From Rotaria socialis (lineage: Eukaryota), in NCBI GenBank assembly GCA_905331295.1, contig CAJNYD010000133.1, positions 124,001 to 169,965 of the forward strand: a stretch of 45,965 nucleotides of DNA, given 5' to 3'. The notes beneath the pieces were generated by a model, which had not been told where the DNA came from, did no database searches, and worked only from the letters and a program-made list of their open reading frames with translations. Position numbers and translations under genes: made by a program. Each line of letters opens with the position of its first letter. The stretch's first letter is position 1. Shown here one piece after another: positions 32,393 through 45,358 of the stretch.

Positions 32393-33579
32393 ATGATACC
32401 ACAGAAAAAAACGTTGAAAACTTTTATTGTAAAAAATAGTAAATCTTGTTATTGCGATTCCTTTTTTGCTTTGTACGAACAAAATTAATCCACTTATAGA
32501 ATTCACATATTTGCAGAAGAAAAAAAAGCGATTTCTATTCCAATTTATTATAATTCGATCACCAGATAGATAAATAAATCCACTCTAATGATTTTAGTGA
32601 AGTATAATTACGGCTAACTTATATTATCTGATAGTATTAATGACATGAATGTGTCAAACAACTAATATCTTCAACTATCGAGTGGCACAGAGACCATCAC
32701 GCTCTTCGTATTTTTAATTTTTTTCCTTTATCATTTTTTCACCGGAAACAATTTTTTAATCAAAGGCTAGCGCTTGTAATTCTTTCCATATAAAAGGCAA
32801 CTTTTCACTGAACGCGACGTTTCAATTCGATGTAAGTATACAATAGCTAAGAGTGTAGCTTCACCATTCGGTAACAAACAGTAGGAGCTATCGGCAAGAT
32901 CGCTTATCTGTCATTAAAGTAAAAAATGTCATTCTGATCTTTTCATAGATTTATTTTGAAGACACATTCCTCGCTAAATTAGTGTATAATATGTTCTTCA
33001 GATTATGGTTTGAAGAATATGCTGGTTGCGGCTATCCAATCGGGAGAGCATGACAAGGAAAAGACTAAATTAAAGTATTCATTAGAAAAACTTGAAGAGC
33101 GAAAGCTTTTAAATTTTGTGTTTCCTTGCTTGATTAAAATAAAAAATTGCTATCGAATAAATGCTTGAGTAATAAATACGAAGAAGGCAATTGACTTTGT
33201 CCCGTTGGAAATAATTCAGAATTCATTAAATTAATTTTATCATTTTAAACAGGTGAAATCCTATCTATGTAAGAAAACTAAAACCCTCTGCCAACGAACT
33301 CGTCATTCTCGATGCTTATATATGCAAAAGTGATCATCAGATGATTATATCTGGCAAAATAACTTTTGAATAGAAGAATTGACCAAACAATGACATTAAA
33401 CAACATGAGATATATTGCTTTCTAAATAATTCCATTGACAGAACATAAAAAATAATTTTATCTGTTTGCGAATTTTTCTATATGTATAAAAACTATGTTG
33501 CTAAGTAATAATAAAAGAGAAGTGAATGACACTCGTAACATTTTGTTTTCATTAGGTTTTTTCCCGAGTACACGGCAGC

Positions 33580-33840
33580 ATGTCTTTCTTAGACAAAGAT
33601 ATAAAAAACCTTCAATCAAATTTCACACAAATATTAACATCTGATTGTCATTATACAACATCAGAAATAATTAATCATATAAAATTTATCAATAATGCAT
33701 TGGATAATATTAAACTTGATTATGAATTTCAACGTGCATCGAAAAGTTTGGCAAAACAAGTAAATATAATGAACTTATTTCGTGTAAATCTTGAGGATGT
33801 GAGTACCATTGTTTCGTGTCTTGAACGGAAAAGACAATGA
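33580..33840 (+). CDS. Small hypothetical ORF or terminal exon
   Basis: 86-aa ORF with helical composition, preceded by an acceptor-like TTTCATTAG at about 33555. No recognisable motif. Confidence 0.3.
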   Translation: MSFLDKDIKNLQSNFTQILTSDCHYTTSEIINHIKFINNALDNIKLDYEFQRASKSLAKQVNIMNLFRVNLEDVSTIVSCLERKRQ

Positions 33841-34658
33841 TTTAATAGTCACACACTTTCTCATAGCTAGATTTTTTCTCGTTCTTAACCCAATTGAGAT
33901 TCCTATGACAGAATTATGCATTATAATGTGCATAATTTCAAACCAGCAGTTACATTATTAGACAGCGTTACTGTCAATTTCACTGAAAAAAGTTAAATGT
34001 TACATCCATGCATTATTATTGTGCGAGTTTAAATACATCAATACGATGCTATATTACTCTATTTTTCCTAGTTTCAAACATGCGATGATGCAAAAACAAA
34101 CGATGTAGCGTGAAATTAAAATAATCGAATTCAAGTGACGAAGTATGAAAATCATAACCATATCAAAATCTTCCTTTTTTGAAACTTTTATAGAAGCTGT
34201 TTAAGTATAGAAGGAATCACGCATTATTTTAATTTTTCTTGGCATCAATCAAAACGTATACGCACAGAATATGTCTTTACATAAGTAATCAGAAGCGATA
34301 ATGAGATAAAAATGAAGAGCGCACACAGGACATTTATGAAAAAGAAGAGGTACATATGTTGTGTTAAGGTAAACATGAAAAACTTCAGAAGTCGGAGAGT
34401 TAGAAAAAGAATGCGCAAAGCAACAAAATAAAGAGAACAAAACCCATAATCAAAAGAACATCTCAGAGATAAATATATAATTTTCAAAACTTCATTACGA
34501 GACAGCATGTTGTTAGAATTCTAAAGATCACATGAGTGTTTTTACTTTCTTTATGTGTTTAAATGTGATATGCTAGTGTCAAACCAAATTATAAAAACTA
34601 GTGATAATTGTCATTCATATCGTTGATCTCATCACTGTCTTTGCAAGTTTACTCGTTG

Positions 34659-37257
34659 TTATCCTCTACCTGCGCGCCACATTCGTCTATCGTGTCTCAA
34701 TTGTGCTCTCATAAAATCCGGATTGAACATTTTGTTCGTCTTTGTAAGCAATGTGAACAATCCAACGATGTGTACAGGTACCATAGCAACAAACCCCAGA
34801 GTTGTAACGATTGCTACAGGTTGTTGACAGGCTGCTTCCTTGAAGATAGGTGATAAAACAATATTAAAATAAAAAAGTTATCATAAAAATAGACACTACG
34901 CACAAAATCTTGCGGTGTTATAATCGTCATCTCGGTGACGTACTGAGTTGTAGTTGCAGTGGTAACAGTGGCAGTACCTACGAGTCAAGAGAAACGTAGT
35001 GGAACAATACAAGTGATCTAAAGTGACGTTTACTAGTTGTTGTAGTTGTTGTTGTAGTCGCTGAAGTAGTAGTACTACCCGACATGTTTGTAGTTGTGGC
35101 AATAATACCAGTTGTGGTAAGCTATGATAAGGAAACAGTGTTCTCATTTGAGATTTTCTAAAAATAAGCAGAATAGCTGCGATTTGCCACTTACCAATGT
35201 ATTAACAGTTGTAAAGGATATAGTTCTTGTTGTCACTGTGTGTGTCGTAGGCGGTGTTGTAGTTGTTGTTGTTGTACTCGAAACGGCTGGGTTCCATATA
35301 TTGAAGGTCCAAAAGGTCGTGTCAGTGATCGGTGTCGATTCAGCATCTATTGAATTACACCAATTCGAACGAAACAACAATAATTTTCTTTTTCCAATGA
35401 ATCTTAAAGCAAGACTTACGACAGAAAACATTTCCGCTAGCAACCCCGCTATCAAATGTTACATAGTAAGAGTGGCCATAAGTCCATACTACATTCGTGA
35501 TAATAGTAATTGTGTATCCATTATATAAAAGGTTCGAAGCATAACCGGCATCATAACACACTACTGACGTATTTGTCGCTGCATCGTTGAAACAGATATA
35601 TGTTCCGTTTCGACTTGGGCGACCAACAGGATTCGTTGCTATTTAGTTAGAACAGAACATGGAAAGCAACAAATTAAGTTAAAAGCGAACATTAGTTATG
35701 TTTTAAAAACTTCTTACCCATTATTGAAAATATTGATTGATTCGCGAAAACTGTTCCAATAGGACTTGCTGATCCCTGTACCATTGTGGGACGAATTAGA
35801 TTCGGCGATGTATAGTCAACTAGATATGTAATACACCATGGGTCAGACTGTAGATTACGATTGTCAATTGCAGCAGCACAGAATCCTTGAGGACCTGACT
35901 GTGCTGCCATGGGAGTCCATGTTAATACCATTGTCCATATGCCTACAATATTAAATTACAAACAGCAAAGTTTAACTCCCTCCAGCTGAAAGGCGCTGAA
36001 ATACTTACCAGAACTTGGATTACCAATCGCACTATGCAACATTCCGATAGGCGAGCTAGTAACAAAGTCAACAATTGTTTGACCAGTACAGTATGTTTGT
36101 ACGACGATCCTTTCAGTCAACTGAACATCTAAACGATAGCTGTTAGATATCAGAGCAAAGACTACTATCAATTATACTTACTATACGGAACTCCAATGCA
36201 AGCTGAAAACGTATAAAACAAATAGCATCGTTAAGTGTTTAAATTAGACTAAGACTCAATTTCACACTCATACCTCTATTCGGACGGTCACCGATGACTG
36301 CTGGGCGAGACGAACAAGCACTACCTGAAGGTGTGTATGCATAGAATAAGAACTGTATTGGAACCGAACTCATTGGATTAACTGAGGATGAGTCAAAGTA
36401 GTCTTCGATTTGGAGTGCACAGGCATAATAGATGTTTGTCTGTGGCAGAGTAAAAACCAAAGTACAATTAGATGAATAGAGTAGAGTTGAAACGGGAAGT
36501 CCACGACAAACACTACCACATTCATCCTCACGATTATAGTTCGTAGTAGATGCTGAATTGGACCAACGACATTTTAATATATCAGTAGCATCATTATCAG
36601 CCATTTGTACAACGTGAACTGTTAGTGTATTGACAGGAACAAATACTACTGGTAGTGTATTTGTAACAGGACTTGTGTTGATAAAACCGTCGGGTCTCGG
36701 GGCTAAATTGAGACGATTGACAATGGACCAAGGTCCATCCCCACCAATATAGAGCGCGGAAAGCCATGCATTTGAAGGAAAACCAATTGTAATCGATGTT
36801 GTCAAAGGCAGTGACAAAGTATCGTAACGCTCTCCAGCCCATGATTGAATTAATGCATTCGAATCACAGTCTGTACTTGTCATCCGAGTTGATAGTGGAG
36901 TATAGGTTGAGCTTGAACAATTCCGTAAACATGTCATTGTAGAGGCGACTGGAATCAGTGTTTGAGCAGCAACGGTTGCTTCATTGCAATAAGGTGGGCT
37001 AAAGCCAGCCCAAATTCTATACCAAAAATATCTCTGATGTATGAGAATTGATGCATAAGAGCCAGACGGTGTATTGTTTAGTGGACGCCTAAGATTGAGA
37101 AGAATAGAAAGATCCCGATACACGAGATCAGGTTTGAACAGGAAACATGAATGAAATAAACTTACCAAGAAATAATTCCACCGCGAAAATGTGATCCGTC
37201 AACCGCCTCATATAGCGTAGAAAAAATAAGGAGCAAAACACTTGGAAAGATCTTCAT
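34659..37257 (-). CDS. Type I membrane protein with HFRGG N-terminal domain (Sib / integrin-beta-like type), Ig-like domain, Thr-rich stalk, TM and basic tail; about 10 exons
   Basis: Signal peptide MKIFPSVLLLIFSTLYEAVDG then SHFRGGIISW|RP; RPDGFINTSP, ADNDATDILKCRWS, YACALQIEDY, PMSSVPIQF; YYVTFDSGVA Ig-like segment; poly-Thr exons; hydrophobic IVTTLGFVAMVPVHIVGLFTLL; TAA at 34659-34661. Confidence 0.85.
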
Positions 37258-37724
37258 GTTTTTATCAGAAGTCGGTTATCGTCTGTGTTGTTCGTATGTT
37301 TCTTCTTTCTATTTTTTGTACAGTTATAGAAGGTAGAGATCTTCGATCGAACACTTTTGTTTTGTGATTAGAAAAGATTGTTTTTCTGGTTCTTATATGT
37401 GAGCGCCGATGTTTGTGTGACGCCTCTCTGATAGGGTCGATTGATGCATTAGCATAAATAATTTTCAGCTGGAAGGTGGAAAACTGAAGAATACGAAATT
37501 TCAGCTGCACAAATCACTCTAGTATTATTCAAAAGTAAATAGATGAATAGAAAAAAGCTCTTGAAAGTATTTTGAATTCATTCTCTGCGCAGTTTTTTTT
37601 TACCGTGCAAAGTGGACCTGATAGATTTGCTGTGGTGAAAGTAAAATATTTAATTTTATATATTTTTTTTGTGTTGTTTCAATTCGAGCAGCAACATGCA
37701 GTTATTACTTAGGTAGAGAATCAC

Positions 37725-38710
37725 ACTCACACGTTCGTCTTCTTGAGTGGCAACCCGAAAAGTCGTGGAATTTCAGTTGATTTATTGTAACGACAGCATT
37801 ACGCATATCTCTGGTGGATTTAGTGTAAATAAGTCAGTAGCCATTTATTGAGGTTCACCCACAAGAAGCTTTGTTTTAAGAGTGAAAGAGAGTATATAGC
37901 TCATCCAAATCTACCCAGAAACCAACGAGACTGCTAAAGTAGAAATTTCTCACCATACTGCGTGATAAGAGTGCAAAGAATGCAACTGAGGATACCTGCA
38001 TACATAAGATTGCTAGAAACATGTGAAGTTAGTGACATTTATAAAACTAATAAGACGATTTGAGCTCCCATATATTTACTAAGTCTCTCGAAATTTTTGA
38101 AAGAACAATAAACGTAATCAAAATAAAAGATACTTCATACTGCGGACACTAACAAATCATATTTGCTACCTGATGTGATGTTTTGTTCGCGATTTGACGC
38201 AATACAACAGATTAAAAGATAATATCAAAAGAAGCGTCTACTCTCTTTGATACTGTATCATAAAAATGTGCCGAATGACGAGGAGTGTCCAAGGACTGAG
38301 GATTAGAAATTTCTCATCAGTTCCCCTACAGTTCCTTGCATACTAAAGGTAAAAATATGAAATATTCACGATAATTTTTGTTCTTACACTCATTTTCACT
38401 TGAAAAATTGTGAGAATCAATGATTTCATGCAAAAATTATTTTTAAAACAGCAATATCGCAACTTTCGTGAATGGTGGAACTGTGAGTGAACCTATATTT
38501 GATTCCCATTTCCTCTAGGAATTATCACAGCGGCACTGACAATTCATCGACACATTAGGAATTCCTATTTCTCAGTCATCGAGCATTGCTGAAACATTTT
38601 GCAATTTTTAATTGATTTCGATCTATCTTCAAAGCTAAAACCCAATTTTCGACTGACTCAATCAAAAAGCAATTAAGTTTAGTTTATTTAAACGAACTTC
38701 TTTTCGTAAT
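37725..38710 (+). pseudogene. Heavily decayed hAT transposase remnant
   Basis: Interrupted frames give PFIEV, IIFAT*CD, NFREWWNCE..FP, LGIPISQSSSIAETF and LVYLNEL, in the order expected for the hAT C-terminal dimerisation domain. Many stops and frameshifts. Confidence 0.55.
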
Positions 38711-40343
38711 GAAAAGGTATTGCATGTGTGTGACATGCTGGTGAAAGTTTTATGAAATTTCGACAATATTGGCGAATTACTTTCAGAATCAATATTCTCA
38801 TGGAATTACGACAGTCTGCGTAGTAGCTAGTAGAGCCCATCAGCCCAAAGACCTTGAAACCTACACTCAGATCTGAATGAAAAAGTATTCTAATCGGAAT
38901 CTTTTAGTCGATTTGAACATTAGAAATGCTTCTTCTTCGGTTTCGTCCGGGATGAGGAGCGCACTCATATTTTTAAGGCCATCGTCGCTGGTACACCCCA
39001 CCAATTTTAATATTTTAAAATCTTGAACTCAATCAGAACCTCATAAAAAATTATTGTGGTCCGAATGCTTAACCAGAACTCAAGTAATTACAATATCGGG
39101 CTCAACTCGATGGGCTCAAAAAACAGAGATCGTATCCGAACCACTTCTTTAAAAAAAACGCCGAACTGGATCGAATCTTAACTCTTTTTTGACAGGGGAA
39201 AGAATGCAGGACGAACAAAACAGAAATAGGATTGATTGAACTGGCATCTATGTTGTAAAACTCTCATACTGTAAAAAATGATTAAAAAAAGTCTAATCTT
39301 TTTTTTACATCAACTTGATATAAATTTCTATAATCGGTGTGGATATGGGTCGTTTCTGTAAGACACACAAGTATACTATCACTAGAGCCTGTCTGGTAAG
39401 ATCCGGATCTGGTTCCGGATCCAAAACTATTTTTTTGAGCGGAAAAAATAAAATTGTTCGGAGAAGTCTGTTTTAATTTTAACTATTTTACTTGTTAAAG
39501 TTTAAAGTTCAAGCGCTTTTCCTATTTTGGGTTTAAAAATCTTGCACTCGGTAGGCTCTTTCAGTGAAGACGATCTTGGAAATATGTGTGTGCGTTCGAG
39601 ATGCAGGACAAAACCGGGCCGCAAGCCTCCTTTTTCCTCGAAGTAATTATAGAATTCCTCTTAGAATATATTATTAACAGCATAAAACTGTAGTTCGACA
39701 GGATTCGAATCGAAAATGTTTTTTTACTGAGTCCGGGTACAAAAATATTGGGCCGCACCATCTCTAACACACACCCACACCCTTTCTAATTGCGATCATT
39801 TTAATAAGTTAGTTATTGAAAAATAAAAATATGAGTTCTTTCCTATTGATAATGTTAATATATAATCGTGGAGAAAGAAAACATCACTATGTGTATCAAA
39901 CAAAAAATACAAACTATACTTGATCAACAACAGCAAAAAGCGAAAAAGCCATTCTATATAATAATTACTTTTTCAATTGCGATGTGAAAGTCAGAACGGC
40001 TCATTAACCTATTTGTTTAGTTTCAAATGGTTCTCGCGTACAATTACTTTAAAAAACAATGTAATTATAAAAACAGTTAGATTTCTCGTTGCCATCCCCT
40101 TCTTCAGCTATTCTCTTTTTATTATTCTGGTTAGTAAAACGAAAGAAAAAGAAAGAAGTAAAAAATCATGATTCATAAAATAACAGAAGAACCAATCAAA
40201 GAAAATGAAAAGATAACAATAAGAGTTATCTGCTATCCTAACAAAAACAAATGGCGCAAATCATAATCATGATCTCGAATTACTAGAAAATGCTCGAGTC
40301 GTATTTTGTGGATTGAAACATTAAATGTTAACTGATATAAATC

Positions 40344-41853
40344 GGGTGAAGGACACTTCGTCTCACCTCTTACGAACACCGGTAAATGTTACCGGGTGTT
40401 CGAAAATGCTTTTTTTTCCTAAAATATTATACCGGTAGTTCGTAACACCTATGTACCGGAGATCGTAAGAGACAGCAGGAAGATCGTAATGTATTTACTG
40501 GATGTTCGGAATAGGGTATTTTTGCTGCATTTCATATAACACCTGAAGATCGTAATGAACACGGTCGGGTGTTCGGAAGGTAATTCTAAGGGTACTTTAA
40601 CATGGACTTCGTAACAGAATTTATAAGAATATTGTAATTGATATTAAGATTTTCTGTCATATAGTTTTGTGAAACACGATCTGAAAGGAGTGTTGAAGTA
40701 TATAGGGTAGAAATGTGGGCGCCCCCCCCCCCCACAGAACGTTACAGAGAAATTAACTAATCAGTTAATTAGTTAATCATTAAATTTCTCTGTAACGGTC
40801 TGTGATGATTTCTGAATTCTCTGTAACGATCTGTGGTGGTTTCTAGAGGCTTCATACATCATATTACAGACTGTAGCAGAGAAGCTCCACAGAACATCAG
40901 TGAGCGTGATAGTCGAATTCCAGAAAAAAATTTTCATCGCGTTTCACATTTTAATCCCACAGGGATTGCGCTAAAAGCTTTTAGAACTTGTTTCTAATTT
41001 CGATTAAAAAACAAAAGCAACAAGACGTGTTGAAAACAACAATTGAACAAACTGCTCCGGCGCCTCATTTACGTTCAACTCCAATATTGAGTCGTCCTAG
41101 AGTTAGAACCAATTATCATATTGCTGCTGTTTCGTCATCATATTCCACTTCATTATCTGAATCTGGTCTCATTGCTACAATATCGGAAAATGAACAAACA
41201 GCTAGGGCCAAGAAACGTGGACATTCATCGAAAAATAAATAGAACGATAATGTACATTCACAGTAGAGTTAGGAATAAATATGTATTTCTTTTCTTTCAA
41301 TAAAACTGATATTTGTGATAGAGTGTATTGAAGGAATTAGAAAAACAATAACTAACACTAGGATTATAATAGTGAACACAAGTGCAAGCTTAATTGCTTG
41401 TATTCATCAAAACGTTCTCTATACATGATTTTAGGTTGGAAGACTAGCATATCACTTCATACTCTCTCATGTGTGAATAAATCTTAGCGTACTTACGATA
41501 ATTGTGTCGTTTTTTTTATTACGACCTTCATGTCTTTGTCATTACGAACATCGTGACATTCGGATTCCGATCTCCAGGCAAATTTTGATGCTCGTAAAGG
41601 GAAAAATTTACATGGAGTTCGGAATCAATTTTCAAAATAGCTTTGTCGATGGTTATAATCGTTGAAAAACTATTTTGAAAATTGATTCCGAACTCCTGCA
41701 CAGACTTCATTCCGAACACCATGTATTTTTGTTGTATTTCATTTACGAACTACATTCCGAACACCATGTCTTTTTCTTCATGTCAGGATATCGTAAGCAC
41801 ACTAATTTACAGGGAGACCGTTAAAAAGGGGTGAGACAAAGTGTCCTTTTCCC
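40344..41853. mobile_element. 1.5-kb non-autonomous DNA transposon nested in the MULE remnant
   Basis: TIRs GGGTGAAGGACACTTCGTCTCACCTCTT / AAGGGGTGAGACAAAGTGTCCTTTTCCC, exact 8-bp TSD TATAAATC (40336-43, 41854-61), subterminal GGTGTTCGGAA and GATCGTAA repeats. Confidence 0.88.
40722..40963. repeat. Internal palindromic element (possibly a truncated CMC-type MITE) nested in the 1.5-kb element
   Basis: CACAGAACGTTACAGAGAAATT..AATTTCTCTGTAACGGTCTGTG hairpin, ACAGA repeats, a C12 run at the left and CCCACAGGG at the right. Confidence 0.45.
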
Positions 41854-43777
41854 TATAAATCAACCTGTTACTATAAAGTTCACGAATAAGAAAGAAAAAA
41901 AGTTGTAAGTTTCTATGTTCCTCAGTTTACTTCCATAGCATAACAACAACTATGTTTATATATACTTTATTCAGCGTCTTGAAAACGATACAGCTGGCTC
42001 AATTCCAGTTTTTTCAGTATGAAAACCAACATTGTACTCTATTCACCAAACAATGTCATTGTAGATATGTGTTTTACTAATAATAAACAAGGATTTTTGG
42101 TTTTTACTTTACCAACAACACACAAAATATTATCATTTGCATCAAAGCAAGCATTAACATTATTAAGCAATAGTCGACATTGGAATAGTGACAAAACATC
42201 TCGAATATCATCTGCATTATTTACTCAATCATATTATATACATGTCTGGGACAAATTCATCAAGAAATCAATATTTCTTTCTTGTGACCAAGACAAGCCA
42301 GAAGGATGTTATCATGAATTATATCAGTCATTAGTTACTTATGAAACAAAATAGATATTGTACTAAATCTATGATCAATCTTAACAGATTTCGAACAAGG
42401 TCTGATTAGTGCCATTAATGATATATTTCCACAAGTATTAGTTAAAGGATGTCATTTTTATTATACATCAAATAGATGGAAAAAATTAAAAAGCATAATT
42501 TAGTAAAATTATCAAAAAAAAGATAATATTCGTTGTCAAATAGCAAATATTATTAACTTGTTCCTTCCATAACTCCAAGTGAAGTCAATAAATCTATGGA
42601 AAGGATCATTGGCAAATTATATAATTATAATTCAAAATTTAATAAGTAAATTGATTATATCCTTAAAAACTACGTTGAAGATACTCGATTTTTTTATACA
42701 AATGGGAAACCATTTTGATACTATCGGTGAAAAACTACGAACAAATAACCACCTGGAAATTTATCATCGACAACCTAATTCTCGAGGGAGACAAATTCTG
42801 ATATATGGACGTGAATGAATGAAGTAAAGTTATCAGAAGAATCTATTATGTGTCGTTATATGAACAAAATCAAGCATAAAAAAAGAAGAAAAAGGCCAAG
42901 AAAATAAAAATATATACAAGATGATATATATATATATAGATTCATGTTAGCAAAAAAAGATGAAAGAGATGATAGTAATAAAGAAAATTATTGTTTTTGC
43001 ATTTTATTTTTTTCGTAATAAATTTGTTTCAGATAGAAATTGTTAATTACTTGATAAGAAAAAAATGATCACCATTAGGAAACTACGAATGTTGATATTG
43101 TTGTTGCTAATAATAAATTATACGAACGCAATGTTTGGCTCACACTCTTCATCTGGTGATGAATGATGGCTTTAAGTAGATATCATATATATTCAATCTG
43201 CCTTAGTAATATAGTGTCTAAAATATAGTTATATTATCACATTCAAGTATTATATATTTTTGCAGAGAAACTCGAATAAATTTATATATATAGAAATACC
43301 TAAAGCTCAATTGAACACAACCGAAAAATTTGTTACGCATACCATCATCAAAGTTGAATGAGATTTTAATTCTGATTAAACATAAAGATCTATAATTATT
43401 AGCTAAAGATTATAAATTACTAAATGAGCGACTGTAACGCAATTTGAAAATAAATAATCGATCTCATTTATTCCATTAAGTGTTTTAACAATTTATCATG
43501 ATTTATTATACGAACAGTCAAATATCTTGTATAAATCATCATTGTATATCGATTTCGTGGTTTATTGGAAGATTTAGATGTTTCCATTGATAAATTTGTT
43601 TCACAAAAGAGTTCCTCTAAGCTGTGTTATGGAATCCTCATTACCATAAGAAACAAAAAGTATTCTGTGCGATAAAATTAAAAAAATTGATATATGATTA
43701 CTATACAGTGCTTCAACATAACAATTCGTCAATAACAATAACAAAATGGAAAAGTCGATAATTTTGCATTTGTCAAA

Positions 43778-43959
43778 TAGGGATGCAACGGTGACGATTA
43801 ATCGTTCACCGTTCCACCGCTTGAGACCGGTGAGACGGTGGACCGGTGCACCGTTGGGCCGGGCCCTAGTGTGACCGGTGCATCGGTGGATCGGGCCCCG
43901 GTGGGACCGGTGAAGCGGTGACGGTGGAACGGTTTTTGATCGTCACCGTTGCGTCCCTA
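43778..43959. mobile_element. GC-rich hAT-type MITE
   Basis: TIRs TAGGGATGCAACGGTGACGAT / ATCGTCACCGTTGCGTCCCTA (1 mismatch), exact 8-bp TSD TTGTCAAA (43770-77, 43960-67), internal ACCGGT/CGGTG repeats. Confidence 0.92.
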
Positions 43960-45358
43960 TTGTCAAAGATTAAACACAAAGCATTCAGTGAATTGACGAA
44001 TCAAGTTTTCATGGTTCTTGTGACATTATCACATGTCGAGAGAATTTTCTCTTTAAGTGGCTTCATATTTCAGTAACATAGATCAACGATATTAAAAACG
44101 GCATTTAAAATGTGCAACTATACGGGAATGTAATAAGGGGCGATAACGTAAAATTGTTGTTTAATACATTGATAGAGAATAAAATTACAAAGTCTTGCAG
44201 TGATACAATAAATCAACAGCTTGATTTGGATCGGAAAAGTGTGACTTGCCGATCTCTGATTTATATCAACAAGAATATTGATTAGTTTTCGTGTATAAAT
44301 AGTAACAAAAAATACATTGTATCTTCAATTTGACAAAAAAGGAGCAAACTATGAATCAGGATTTATTTTATGTCTACCTACATGTAAAATTCGATCGATT
44401 GCGACAAATCTATGTTTACTTATCATTGATGAAGGTGAAATGGAATGTTATGCCGGCGTAAAACTTTGAAAAAAATCGAACTTTTTTAAAACGCTAACAT
44501 TGTATTACCTACGAAGCTGGAGTCAAGTATGATTTAAAATCGTTACACGACAGGATAACTTGATTTCTCTTATAGACCAGAACTATCCTTTTACACTGAA
44601 AACAAGTTTCCGAATAGAAAGAGATTATGGTATGATAGTAAAAGGTTTCATATAGCAACTTTGTTTTAGAGAGATAAGAAGGCATGTTTATCTTTGTTAA
44701 CGTGATTCATAGTTGTCTAACACCAACAGAAATGACATCAAGAAAATCAGATATAATAGTGAAGTGAATGTTCAATTTACTAGCACAGCACTATGGTTCA
44801 AATAGAGACCAATGAAAAGCGTCCAAGCTGAATTAAACTATTAATTGAAAAAAGCAGCTTTAAACATACAGATAAAAGCAATACTGAGTCAAAAATGCTA
44901 GGATAAACCACCTTAAGTTGCTTATGAAAAGTTAACATTGGAATGGTATAAAAATCATGGCATAGTATATATAATAATATTTTATTAAATTTTTTCTTAA
45001 TATAAACCAGTTCATACATGGAATCTGCTATGATATACCGAAGTAGCAGAGGGTAAAAGAAAAGAATGGGGAATATGAAATAGCAGGAAAACAACTGTGA
45101 GTAAGCAGAGAAAAGTTAGGTTTTTTTCCAAGTTAATAATAGTTTATAACTTAGAGAGTTAGGAAAATAATAAAAAGAAACAAAAGAAGCGAAAAAATCT
45201 TAAACTCAAAAAAGCAGATCAAGGTTAAATATGGCTGACACAATTGCTTTGTTCTTTTTGTGTTCATGTGTGAGATTCTATTTTCAAGCACATACCATTT
45301 CAGTTATTCATTCTTCTCGGTCATATGGCTGAGTTGATAACTGTTTATGTAATTACGG

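Larger units (their letters stand above)
40250..42900 (+). pseudogene. Decayed Mutator-like (MULE) transposase, split by an insertion
   Basis: NHNHD motif at about 40260. After the insertion: HWNSDKT..LFTQSYYIH, ILTDFEQGLISAINDIFPQVLVKGCHF and WNHFDT..RTNNHLE.YHRQ, which are the MULE DDE-core motifs, with stops and frameshifts. Confidence 0.85.

Noticed and set aside
34608..36842. Overlapping alternative-frame and antisense ORFs
   Set aside because: Shadows of the spliced membrane-protein gene and its Thr-codon repeats.
39383..39766. Possible hAT element (TAGAG...CTCTA with CCGGAT repeats)
   Set aside because: Terminal match is only 5 bp and no TSD was found.
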